Source of the DNA: Candidatus Micrarchaeia archaeon
Lineage (GTDB): Archaea; Micrarchaeota; Micrarchaeia; Anstonellales; J096
NCBI GenBank assembly: GCA_041500865.1
Contig: JBGQMY010000001.1
Span: forward strand, 26,827-90,826
DNA: 64,000 bases
Direction: 5' to 3'
The notes under the pieces were generated by a model that was not told where the DNA came from, did no database searches, and was given only the letters and a program-made list of their open reading frames with translations. Both the position numbers and the translations under genes were made by a program. Positions 47,699 to 56,810 of this stretch are shown one piece after another (position 1 is the stretch's first letter; every line of letters starts with the position of its first letter).

Positions 47699-48291
47699 TG
47701 GCAACCAGGATACGGCAAGCCAACCAAGGGGGCGGCGGGACAGAGACTGTATTAAATCTTGCGAAGCCTGAGCCAGATAAAAATCCAAATGCTTTTGCAT
47801 CCAAGCCGGATACAGACAAAGAGGCGCTTTCGGCAGAGAATATGGATATTCTTACCGACGCGCTTATTTTTGAGATACGGCATGGCGGCATAAAAAACGT
47901 AAATTACAGGCTTAGTGAAGGAGCCGACCCGAACAGGACAGACAAGGAAGGCATCTTGCCGATGGCAGCGGCAGTTTGCGTAAATAAAATCAATGTATGC
48001 AGGCTGTTGCTGAAAAAAGGGGCGGATGTAGATGGCAAGGACAGGCGCGGCTGGACTGCGCTCATGTATGCCGCCTGGGCCAACAACGCGATGATGTGCA
48101 GGTTTTTGCTGGGCCATGGGGCAGACGCCCTGATAATGGACAAAGAGAAAAATTCAACATACGGCCTGCCGAATGAAAAGGAAACGAAGGCACTGTTGAA
48201 GATGTTTGCATGGAAAAGCAAGGCCCTGAAAAGCCTGCTCAGTGGCAGGATTGGGGCGTTCAAGGAGCATTTTGGGCTCTGCGTTTCTTGA
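47695..48291 (+). CDS. Ankyrin-repeat protein with FxxxFxxC tail
   Basis: GADPN and GWTALMYAA repeats; ends FKEHFGLCVS. Overlaps the VWA gene stop. Confidence 0.9.
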   Translation: MMATRIRQANQGGGGTETVLNLAKPEPDKNPNAFASKPDTDKEALSAENMDILTDALIFEIRHGGIKNVNYRLSEGADPNRTDKEGILPMAAAVCVNKINVCRLLLKKGADVDGKDRRGWTALMYAAWANNAMMCRFLLGHGADALIMDKEKNSTYGLPNEKETKALLKMFAWKSKALKSLLSGRIGAFKEHFGLCVS

Positions 48292-48421
48292 TAATCTGTA
48301 TTCTAAGTAAGAAAATCCTTCCGTCTAAGCGGAAACTACAGCAACATTTATAAAACCTATCATGACATCATCATGATTGTATCGTGACTTCGTCAAGGCG
48401 AAATCATGACACGGTGTAAGC

Positions 48422-48874
48422 ATGGAAGAAAGGGAATTTAAAGGTTCGCCCGATTGGGAGAACGACATAGAGAAGGAAGCCAAGAAAACGCTCACAAGGC
48501 TCAGAGAGGACCCAGTGATGCTCGGAGTTCTCATGTCCAAGATTCTGGAGGAACGGGAAAACACCAATAGGCTGCTAAAGAACCTGCTTCAAAGGATAGA
48601 GCAGCTTGAATCCAGGACCGTCAAGAACAGCGAGGTACAAGAGATTCGCGAAGCGATGCTGCCGGAAATCGACGAGCAGATTGTGGGATACATAAGGGAG
48701 AAGGGAAAGGCGAGCGCGGAGGACGTACGGGTTAGATTCAATTATAAAGGCACCAATGCGGCCTCCGCGCGGCTGAACAGGCTTTATAGCATCGGCATAG
48801 TAGACAAGAAACAGGCGGGCAAAAGGGTTTATTTCTTTTTGCCGTCATGGCAAGGCGACCAACCCCCCGGTTAG
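48422..48874 (+). CDS. Coiled-coil plus winged-helix DNA-binding protein
   Basis: Coiled coil LEERENTNRLLKNLLQRIEQLE and wHTH ASARLNRLYSIGIVDKKQAGKRVYF. Confidence 0.75.
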   Translation: MEEREFKGSPDWENDIEKEAKKTLTRLREDPVMLGVLMSKILEERENTNRLLKNLLQRIEQLESRTVKNSEVQEIREAMLPEIDEQIVGYIREKGKASAEDVRVRFNYKGTNAASARLNRLYSIGIVDKKQAGKRVYFFLPSWQGDQPPG

Positions 48875-48912
48875 TCCCCGCACTATACAGGCCATATACA
48901 CCCCAAGAGAAA

Positions 48913-50400
48913 TCAGCCGAACTCGCTTCCCTTTTCCATCCTTTTCATTGAGAAATCGGATTGGCTTGCCTTCCACCAGTTTTTGTCGTACCTGTCAAAC
49001 AGCTGCTCCTCTATCGTCTTTGCGTGGTTTATGGCTTCCAAAACGTGCCTTTTCTCTATCAGGCTGCTTCCTTCTCCTACTGCGCTGTCCCCGGAAAGGC
49101 GCACGATGCCCGAAAGCTTCCTTAGCCTCAGCGTAAGGGACTTGGGCGCATTGTCCACGTTGTCCGCAATCCTCTTGGCCTCCTTGATTATCTCTTCAAC
49201 GGCCTCCCTCGTGGCATGGGGTATCTTCTTGTCCCTTGCCACTTCCTGCGCCACGAACTGCACGAGCTTTGCCCTGCTCTCCGGCGTGTCAGGGACCTTG
49301 ACGTCAAGCAAGACCTCGTAGCCTTCCCCCCTTATCCTGCTCCTGAGCGCGGGGTTTATCTCAGATATGTCGGTAACGTTCATTGCGCCTATGAATATGA
49401 AGTCGCACGGCACGCCGTCCACCCTCACTATGGCACCTGTGCTTGTCGTGTTCCTTCCCAGTATCGGGAAGTTCTTGTCCTGCATCGCGGTAAGTATGCA
49501 CTTCTGCAAAGGATAGTCTATGGACGTCAGCTCGTCAATGAAAAGCACGCCCTCGTGCGCCGAATGCACTGCCCCTGGGACGACCCTCATGAACGGCGGG
49601 ATGCCTATCTCCGGATGCCCCCCGTACGGGTCATGCTGTATGTCGCCAAGAAGCTCGCTTTCGCTTGCTCCCGTCGCCTGCACGAACGTGCTCCTGTTTA
49701 TGGGCACAAGGACCTTCTTTTCGTCCTTTATGCTGCTGGACGCCTTTTTCATCTCATCCTGCGTCAGCACCCTTATCTTTCCCTCGAACTGCTCGTAGAT
49801 GACGATTTCCTTCTTGCCCAGCGGGTCCCTCTTTTCCGCCTTGACGAACTTCTTCCTTGAAGGCACGTCCCTTTGGGGGGCAATGAGGTCGTTGAACGGG
49901 TTTGAGAAGCTGGCATGCTTGGCCGCGCTGCAGTTCGGGCAGATGCCCAATTCGGGGTTGCTCAGCTCCCCGCAGCGCGAGCACCTGAATCCCAGCTCTT
50001 CAGCAACGAAGATGGGCGCGTCCTGCGGCTCTATCAGCTTGCCTATTGAGGGCTGCGACGGCGCCTTTGTTGCCACGTCCTCCCTCCTTTCCAGCTTGAG
50101 TATGGGCCTTTCAGGCTTCCCGGCATTGTGCAGCACCGATATCTGCATCTTCGGCATCGGAAGGATTGTTGCCACGGCCCTTGCTATCATGCTTTTGCCT
50201 GTGCCCGGCGGGCCTACGAGGAGAAGATGCCTTTTCTGCATGGCCGAGACTCGCGCGAACTTCACTGCCCTTTCCTGGCCGATAATGCAGAAGAACGGGT
50301 CGTCCGGAACCGGTATCTCCGATGTGTCGCTGTAAGCCTCAACGGATTTCATGAGCTCCTGCTCGACTTTCTCCTTCAGGTGGCTGACGGCTGAAAACAT
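48913..50400 (-). CDS. LonB-like AAA+ ATPase lacking the protease domain, with Zn-ribbon insert
   Basis: Motifs IIGQERA, GPPGTGKS, LLGDIQHDP, AHEGVLFIDE and ALRSRIRG; CSRC...CPNC insert; the ORF ends after the helical lid. Confidence 0.85.
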   Translation of the reverse strand: MFSAVSHLKEKVEQELMKSVEAYSDTSEIPVPDDPFFCIIGQERAVKFARVSAMQKRHLLLVGPPGTGKSMIARAVATILPMPKMQISVLHNAGKPERPILKLERREDVATKAPSQPSIGKLIEPQDAPIFVAEELGFRCSRCGELSNPELGICPNCSAAKHASFSNPFNDLIAPQRDVPSRKKFVKAEKRDPLGKKEIVIYEQFEGKIRVLTQDEMKKASSSIKDEKKVLVPINRSTFVQATGASESELLGDIQHDPYGGHPEIGIPPFMRVVPGAVHSAHEGVLFIDELTSIDYPLQKCILTAMQDKNFPILGRNTTSTGAIVRVDGVPCDFIFIGAMNVTDISEINPALRSRIRGEGYEVLLDVKVPDTPESRAKLVQFVAQEVARDKKIPHATREAVEEIIKEAKRIADNVDNAPKSLTLRLRKLSGIVRLSGDSAVGEGSSLIEKRHVLEAINHAKTIEEQLFDRYDKNWWKASQSDFSMKRMEKGSEFG

Positions 50401-50526
50401 ATGGTTTAAGGTTGCATATACCTGTTTATAACGCTTTGCGCAGTCGGAAAAAGAAAAGCGTTTTTAACCTATGCCAAGAATATATGGTAAGCCTTTTAGC
50501 AAAAGGCTTAAGCGAAAAACGTATGT

Positions 50527-50600
50527 GGGGCCTTGGGGTAACCTGGTTAGCCTGTTGGCTTCGGGAGCCAGAGATCCGAGTTCAAATCTCGGAGGCCCCA
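50527..50600 (+). tRNA. tRNA-Pro (anticodon CGG), no intron, CCA not encoded
   Basis: Acceptor stem GGGGCCT/AGGCCCC, anticodon arm TTGGC-TTCGGGA-GCCAG, T arm CCGAG-TTCAAAT-CTCGG. Confidence 0.93.
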
Positions 50601-50633
50601 TTCTTTATAAAACGTTTAATGCAAAATAAAGGC

Positions 50634-51194
50634 ATGGCGCAGGAAAGGCATAGGCTTGCTGCTAAGATTACCGAGCAAAAACGGCCCAAACTGGCAGGCA
50701 AGAAGCTGCCGGCAGACAAAGGCATTCAATACGAGAAGAAACAGAAGCGGCTCAACGGACAACTGCTTAAAGTTGCCGGAAAGGGAAATGCTGAAAAGGT
50801 GAAGCGCCTGCTGGAGCTTGGCGCAGACATAAATGCAAAAGACAGCGAGGGCTTTACAGCGCTCATGTTTGCCTTGAACGCGAGACATACCGATATCGCC
50901 ATGTTCCTGATAGGATTAGGGGCGGACGTGCATGGAAAGGAAAGAGGCATGACTCCCCTTATGATTGCCGCATCATACGGCTATATAGGCATTTGCGAGC
51001 TGCTGATTGGAAAAGGCGCGGATATCGGAGCAGAGGATCAGGCACGCCGGACTGCATATGACTGGGCAAAGATAAGGTTTGAGGAAGAAATGGTCGACTT
51101 CCTGATATATGCGAAGCGTTTGGTGAAAGTGACTGGCAAGGACGGCTTCAGGACATTCCTTTCGGATTTCAGGGCTTGCGCCGGAAGCGCCTAG
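50634..51194 (+). CDS. Ankyrin-repeat protein with FxxxFxxC tail
   Basis: GFTALMFA and GMTPLMIAA repeats; ends FLSDFRACAGSA. Start trimmed to MAQERH, downstream of the tRNA. Confidence 0.92.
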   Translation: MAQERHRLAAKITEQKRPKLAGKKLPADKGIQYEKKQKRLNGQLLKVAGKGNAEKVKRLLELGADINAKDSEGFTALMFALNARHTDIAMFLIGLGADVHGKERGMTPLMIAASYGYIGICELLIGKGADIGAEDQARRTAYDWAKIRFEEEMVDFLIYAKRLVKVTGKDGFRTFLSDFRACAGSA

Positions 51195-51233
51195 TTTTAT
51201 AAACTCTTTTCAACATGAATTGAAACGATTGTA

Positions 51234-51995
51234 ATGAAGCTGGCCCGCAGAATAACCAACACTAAAAAGGTCGCTGGCAGCTTAATTTATAGAACAAATG
51301 TCCTTGACCAGGAAGCGTTAAACAAAAAGCTTTTTGAGACAATAGATAACTTTGGCGGAAGGCCTGAAGTCTCATACTGGATAATGCAGGGCGCAAACAT
51401 AGAGGCAAGGAACTCTAAAAAAGAGACACCGCTATTCATGGCAGTGTACCGCGGCGGGCCGGCAATAATAAATCTCCTGCTGGAATGCGGCGCAAATATA
51501 GACGCAAAGGACAAATGGGGCCGGACGCCGCTCATGAATGCAGTAATGCAATCAGACCGCGGCACAGAGGCATGGCTCCTTATAGAAAAGGGGGCGGATG
51601 TGCATGCAAAGGACAAAGGGGGCACGCCCGTCATTTGCTTTGCTGCGCTGTACGGAAGGAACCAAATTGTGTATGACCTCCTCAAAAAAGGCGCTGACAT
51701 AAACGCAACGGACAGGTGGGGCAAGACGCCGCTGATGATTGCAGTAAAGGAAAACAATCTCAAACTTATAGCGATGCTCATAGAGATGGGCGCGGACATA
51801 ACGATAATGGACAATGAAGGAATGACAGTGCTTGACCAAGCCAGAAGGCAGGAAAATGCCGAAAAATTCGGAACACTGCAGATAATATTCCTTGCAGGAT
51901 TCGGAAAAGAGACATTCACGGCATTCAGGAAAAGCTTCAGGGAATGCATCGTCAAGGAAAGGGGATACATTTCCGCATCCAGCTACCTTTTATAA
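51234..51995 (+). CDS. Ankyrin-repeat protein with FxxxFxxC tail
   Basis: ETPLF, GRTPLM and GKTPLM repeats; tail FRKSFRECIVK plus a short extension. Confidence 0.92.
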   Translation: MKLARRITNTKKVAGSLIYRTNVLDQEALNKKLFETIDNFGGRPEVSYWIMQGANIEARNSKKETPLFMAVYRGGPAIINLLLECGANIDAKDKWGRTPLMNAVMQSDRGTEAWLLIEKGADVHAKDKGGTPVICFAALYGRNQIVYDLLKKGADINATDRWGKTPLMIAVKENNLKLIAMLIEMGADITIMDNEGMTVLDQARRQENAEKFGTLQIIFLAGFGKETFTAFRKSFRECIVKERGYISASSYLL

Positions 51996-52021
51996 AGGCT
52001 TTGCACCCAGAGGATTATTGC

Positions 52022-53140
52022 ATGAAGATTGGATTTTTCGTTGACAGGCTTCACCTTACCGACGGCGTAAGCATAGCCCTCGAGCTTCTGAGGAAGGAGC
52101 TGGAAGCAAAGGGCCATGAGGCATACGTGTTCTCGCCTGGGGAAAGGAAAAGGAAGGAGGAAAACAAGGACCCGAAGGTGTTCTTCTTCACCTCGCCCAT
52201 ATTCAAGGACTACCCGGACTTCAACATTGTAACGTTTCCGAACAACTCTGCCTACGAACTGGCAAAGAAGCTTGATTTGGACATAATACACTCGTTCGCG
52301 ATGGGCACGATGGGCGTGGCCGCGTCAAACGTGGCAAGCAAGATGAAAAAGCCTTCCGTTCTAACTGCCTACAGCCTGCCGCACAGGCAGATAGACAGCA
52401 TTTTTGGGGACGGGCTGGGCAGCATAGTGCACAAGCTTTCCACCAAATACATGAGGTGGTACCTCTCAAGCTTCAGGTGCTTCTGCGTGCCGTCTGAATA
52501 CGTGAAGGCCAGCATAGAGAAAGAAATGGGGATAAAGGCCAACGAGGTGCTGTCCCTGGGCATAGACTACGAGGCAGCGAAGGCCGGCCTGAAGTCAAAA
52601 AAGGAACGGGGCAAGTTCGTCTATGCCGGAAAGATAGCGAAGGAGAAGGACCTGGACCTCCTGGTTTCGTCAATGCCGTCAATATCCAACAGGCTCAACG
52701 ACGCGGACATCCTCATATACGGCGAAGGCCCGTACAGGGAGACGCTGATAGAGAAGGCCATATCCACGAAGATAGACGACCACGTTTTCGTGGGCTCTTT
52801 CCTTACCAAGAGGAGGCTCATGGCAGAGCTTTCCAACGCGTCATTGTTCCTTTTCCCTTCGCAGAGCGACACCCAGAGCCTTTCGCTGGTTGAGGCCATG
52901 GCTGAAGGCGTAATCCCGATATGCCCGCAGGACTCCTGCGCATACGAGCTTGTGAAGGGCACCCCGCTTGAGAGGTTCAGCTTCAACAACAAAAAAGATT
53001 TTTCAGAAAAGGTGGTGTCGGCATACAGCGACGTCAACGACAATGACAGGGCGCTTGCGTCCGAAATCGCATCCCGTTATGACATAAGGGAGATAGCGAA
53101 AAGGCACGTGGCGCTTTACGAGTCGCTGTCAAAAAAGTAG
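52022..53140 (+). CDS. Glycosyltransferase family 4
   Basis: Motifs DGVSIA, VPSEYV, YAGKIAKEKD, GEGP and FPSQSDTQSLSLVEAMAEG. Confidence 0.88.
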   Translation: MKIGFFVDRLHLTDGVSIALELLRKELEAKGHEAYVFSPGERKRKEENKDPKVFFFTSPIFKDYPDFNIVTFPNNSAYELAKKLDLDIIHSFAMGTMGVAASNVASKMKKPSVLTAYSLPHRQIDSIFGDGLGSIVHKLSTKYMRWYLSSFRCFCVPSEYVKASIEKEMGIKANEVLSLGIDYEAAKAGLKSKKERGKFVYAGKIAKEKDLDLLVSSMPSISNRLNDADILIYGEGPYRETLIEKAISTKIDDHVFVGSFLTKRRLMAELSNASLFLFPSQSDTQSLSLVEAMAEGVIPICPQDSCAYELVKGTPLERFSFNNKKDFSEKVVSAYSDVNDNDRALASEIASRYDIREIAKRHVALYESLSKK

Positions 53141-53142
53141 AC

Positions 53143-55632
53143 TCAGCCTTTCAGCTGCTTGAGCTTGCTCTCCAGCTCGCTTAGCGTCATCAGCATGACA
53201 TCGCCCGTGTCAATGTAGAACTTGAGCGTTGAGGAAAGCCTGCTGCCATCCGATATGGCATCAAGGAAGTCCCTCTTGGACGCATCGTCCTCGAAAACTA
53301 TGAAGACGAGGCCGTTCTTGACAAGGCCCCTGAAGTTGTCCTTTATGTACTTTATCTCCTTTGGTTCGTAGAAATAGACAAAGAACGAGTTCCACATGAG
53401 CTTGAGCTCCACATGGTATCCCTTGCTCCTGCCTATCTCGCTGAACGGGACGGTGTTCTCTATGCACATGTCCCTCAACGAGCGGAACATGGAAAGCTGC
53501 TTTATCGTGAAGCCGGAGTCCTTTTCCCACGACATAAGGCCATAGAAGTCGTTTTCCTCCTTGACGTCGCCCTCCTTCTTGAGTATGTCCATTATGTATT
53601 CTATGTTGAAGTCGCTCGCGTATATCCTGCTTCCCTTGTAGTATATGCTGGAAAGCTGCCTCTTTATGTCCTGTATTGAAACAGGCGTGTAATTCCACTT
53701 GTAGAACTCGTTTATGTCCTCGAAAAGCTTCAGGAACGTGTTCCTGCTGAGCGGTATCCTTATGGCCTCTATGGACGGGAAGTCCGGAACGTCTATGCCG
53801 AATACCAGCTCTTCCTTCCGTGTCAGGAATACCCCGGCAAAGTAAATCAGCAGCGAGACTATGCCCACGAGTATGTTTGTAGTGTTGAAGACCCTGCCGA
53901 GGCCCGTCGTGTCCGGCCTTGAGACGGTAATCACGGTCTTGAAGCTGCCGGCCTGGACCGTGAAGTTGTATTTTCCGACAGGCACCGCGCCGTTGAAATA
54001 GTCGGACATGGATACCTTGAAGTTGGTCCTCCTTCCGGTGAATGAGTAGGACCTGTTGCCGCATGAGGTGCACGTGACCGTTGCGCTCTCGACCTCCTGC
54101 GGCCTTCCCTGCGAGCTGAAATTGAAGACGAACGCGGCATCATTGAAGTTGGGAATTACCTTTACGTCAAGCCCGCCGAACTGGATGTACGTGCGCGCGT
54201 ACCTTTCGCTTCCGGACACGTCAAAGATGTAGGGCGCCGCGCCGAGTTCGTTCTTGACGTATTGGTAGTAAATTGGCGAGTTCAGGTTTGACTGGTCCAA
54301 ATGGACTTTGTCGTCTTCCGTTCCATTGGCCGCAATCACGGACATGCTCATCGTCGGGTCTGAGTCGGCCCCTACCGTGCCATCCGCTATAAGCTCAAGC
54401 CTGGAGCCCTGGCCCGAGATGGAATAGGCGAGAAGCTTTGGCGCCTCAGTGTCTTGCGCATACAGGCTTCCGGCATAATCCTTCAGCGCGGACCTTATGT
54501 CAAGCGTTGAAAACGAAACGTTTTTCGGGTTGTAGACGTCAAACCTGATAAGCTCGAACACGTGGCTTCCGAGCTTGAACATGTCCGAGCCAAAGTAGTG
54601 GCTTTTGCCAATCGCGGGGTTCGCCATGACTACGGGACCTGGCATGAAAGCCGCCCACTTGTCAAACGAGGACGCAACCTTGAAGGCGTCCATTGCGGCG
54701 CTCTTGCCGTCGTCCCATCCGTTGTCCAGCGAGTTCGGGATGAACACCATGTTCCAATTCGAGTTTTTTGGCGCTATTATGGACACCGCGTCGTAGACCT
54801 TCGTTGCGTCGCTGGCCACGTAGAGGGCATTTCTCATATTGAGCGCCTTTATCTGTATGTCAGTTTGCACCTGGAACGAGATTCCCAGGCTGTTCCAGAA
54901 CGGCATCAGGGGGGCCTGGTTCCCGTCCGGGTTGATTTTGAAATCCGGCATCACGCCGATGTACATGAACGTTATGTATTTCATCCTGTTCTGGCTGAAT
55001 TGCGAAACCAGCTCGTCCTGCGGATAGTCGTACGGCACCATGACCGTGGAGCCGTCAGGCACCCTTGACAGGTCAAGCCCGTTGACCACGACCGGATTGA
55101 GGCCCGAGGCGGTTGCGCTCTTGGAAAACTGGAAAACGAACTCGTCAAGCCTGGATTCGTTGCCGCCTGGCTGGATGCTTCTGGGCAGGACCAGGTAAAC
55201 GTCCTTGGACAGGGGCCTGTCCGTGACATACACGGTCAGCGCGGAGGTGGAATTCTCGGATGCTGAGAGGTTTATTACGTTGACAACGGCATTCTGCTTG
55301 TTTTCGTAGCTGCCATAGTCGGCATACTGGACGCCCTTTATGTCCATTGACCCGTAGGGCGGCACAGGCTGCACGTTCAGCAGCGCGCTTATCTGGGATG
55401 CGAAGGAGGATATGAACAGGATTATCCCAAAAAAGACCAGCAGCCCCACGAGGACTGGCACGTAATTCACGAAATTGATTGGCTTCTTCGGCGCCTCTTC
55501 CTCGCCCTTCCTTGCAACGCGCCTGCCGAATATGGACTCCCTAATTGCCTCAAGCAGGGGCTTTTCGACTCTCTTCAGCCTGTACTTGACCTCAAAGGGC
55601 TTGAGCAGCTGCAGCCTTACCTTGTCCTTCAT
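53143..55632 (-). CDS. Large two-TM membrane protein with beta-rich extracytoplasmic region
   Basis: TM segments near residues 55-80 and 585-605 flank an Asn/Ser/Thr-rich region. Last gene of the VirB4-like operon. Confidence 0.8.
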   Translation of the reverse strand: MKDKVRLQLLKPFEVKYRLKRVEKPLLEAIRESIFGRRVARKGEEEAPKKPINFVNYVPVLVGLLVFFGIILFISSFASQISALLNVQPVPPYGSMDIKGVQYADYGSYENKQNAVVNVINLSASENSTSALTVYVTDRPLSKDVYLVLPRSIQPGGNESRLDEFVFQFSKSATASGLNPVVVNGLDLSRVPDGSTVMVPYDYPQDELVSQFSQNRMKYITFMYIGVMPDFKINPDGNQAPLMPFWNSLGISFQVQTDIQIKALNMRNALYVASDATKVYDAVSIIAPKNSNWNMVFIPNSLDNGWDDGKSAAMDAFKVASSFDKWAAFMPGPVVMANPAIGKSHYFGSDMFKLGSHVFELIRFDVYNPKNVSFSTLDIRSALKDYAGSLYAQDTEAPKLLAYSISGQGSRLELIADGTVGADSDPTMSMSVIAANGTEDDKVHLDQSNLNSPIYYQYVKNELGAAPYIFDVSGSERYARTYIQFGGLDVKVIPNFNDAAFVFNFSSQGRPQEVESATVTCTSCGNRSYSFTGRRTNFKVSMSDYFNGAVPVGKYNFTVQAGSFKTVITVSRPDTTGLGRVFNTTNILVGIVSLLIYFAGVFLTRKEELVFGIDVPDFPSIEAIRIPLSRNTFLKLFEDINEFYKWNYTPVSIQDIKRQLSSIYYKGSRIYASDFNIEYIMDILKKEGDVKEENDFYGLMSWEKDSGFTIKQLSMFRSLRDMCIENTVPFSEIGRSKGYHVELKLMWNSFFVYFYEPKEIKYIKDNFRGLVKNGLVFIVFEDDASKRDFLDAISDGSRLSSTLKFYIDTGDVMLMTLSELESKLKQLKG

Positions 55633-55644
55633 CCGCGTTCATCC

Positions 55645-56343
55645 TCAGATTGGCTTGACGTAGTCATTCGATATCATGTCCTGCACGACGTTCATGACCC
55701 TTTGCTCGGCTATCTCGTAACGCTCCGAAAATGCCCCTATGTCAAGCTCGCCGCCATGGTCCTTGAGCCATTCAGATATCTTGAGCTGCAGCACCTCGTC
55801 GCTGAACTTCATGAACTTCTCCAGCTTCGCCTCGGTCGAGGAAAGCCTGTTGCCGACTGTGTAGAGCTTCTTGGTCATCTCCTCGTTCTCGTGCTTGTAG
55901 TTGTTCAGCAGCGCCGTGGTCTCGTTGAGCTTGCTCTTGAGCTTGTCCCTTTCGATGTAAACGTCCTTGGAGCCTGCCGGTATCATGGATTCCATGTCTT
56001 TCACGAGATTGCCGATAAGCTCCAGCATCACGCCGATGTCCATGTCGTAGTAGGGTATGGCCATGTTCAGCAGCGGGAAGGCCTTGTTGAGGACCTCCCA
56101 TTTCCTGACCGCCTCTATCTTGTCCGACATGGTATAGCCTATGTCGATGCTCTGGTCCCTGAAGTCTATTATGAAGAATTCCTGCGGGGCGCCCCTTATG
56201 TCCTTTGACTCGACGTATGCGAGCGACACCGCATCCTTGGTCTTGACCAGCATGGCCTTCTCGCCGACCGCGGCGAGCGCATCGTAAACGTCCTTTGTCT
56301 TGCCCTTCATGGACGCAGCTATCTTCATGTATCCTGCCCTCAT
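55645..56343 (-). CDS. Hypothetical protein with coiled coil and possible C-terminal wHTH
   Basis: Coiled coil ERDKLKSKLNETTALLNNYKHENEEM; overlaps the upstream stop by 4 nt. Confidence 0.75.
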   Translation of the reverse strand: MRAGYMKIAASMKGKTKDVYDALAAVGEKAMLVKTKDAVSLAYVESKDIRGAPQEFFIIDFRDQSIDIGYTMSDKIEAVRKWEVLNKAFPLLNMAIPYYDMDIGVMLELIGNLVKDMESMIPAGSKDVYIERDKLKSKLNETTALLNNYKHENEEMTKKLYTVGNRLSSTEAKLEKFMKFSDEVLQLKISEWLKDHGGELDIGAFSERYEIAEQRVMNVVQDMISNDYVKPI

Positions 56344-56810
56344 TTTTTACCACCACGCTTTGCCGGCTTTTGCGGGACAGGGTCCGGCGCCGCAGGCTGC
56401 GGCGCAGGCTGCTGCGCACCCAAAGCAGGCTTGTCCTCTATCGCCGGGACGTATATGAAAATCAGGAAAAGCGGGACCAGCAGTATCAAAAGGACGCCCA
56501 ACAGGAGCGACCTGAGGATATCCGCAACGTCCCCGTTCATTAAGTTAACGACGAATATTATGACAAAGAAGACCGCGGCCAGCGCGGCAAGTATGATTAC
56601 GTTGCGCTCGAAGCCCTTCCTCTTCTTCATGTACTCCTCCTTGTGCTTTTCGCACACGAAGAGCCTGTTGTTCTTCAGCCTCATGCCAAGCCGCTTCTTG
56701 GCCGCCTTCATGAGGTTTATGACCCTGTCCTCCTTCACCTTGTAGCCGTCCTGCGCAACCTCGTGGCCGATTATGCATATGTCGGAGTTCTCCGGGACTT
56801 CGTCGGTCAT
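56340..56810 (-). CDS. Small two-TM membrane protein with possible Zn-binding N-terminus
   Basis: CIIGHE...CEKH, two hydrophobic helices and a Pro-rich tail. Confidence 0.75.
   Translation of the reverse strand: MTDEVPENSDICIIGHEVAQDGYKVKEDRVINLMKAAKKRLGMRLKNNRLFVCEKHKEEYMKKRKGFERNVIILAALAAVFFVIIFVVNLMNGDVADILRSLLLGVLLILLVPLFLIFIYVPAIEDKPALGAQQPAPQPAAPDPVPQKPAKRGGKK

Noticed and set aside
48360..48420. Inverted repeat TCATGATT...AATCATGA as a small RNA
   Set aside because: It is short and has no convincing C/D boxes. At most it is an operator or leader hairpin of the wHTH gene.
50527..51995. tRNA-Pro as the integration site for the two ankyrin genes that follow
   Set aside because: I found no duplicated tRNA 3' end and no integrase in the window.
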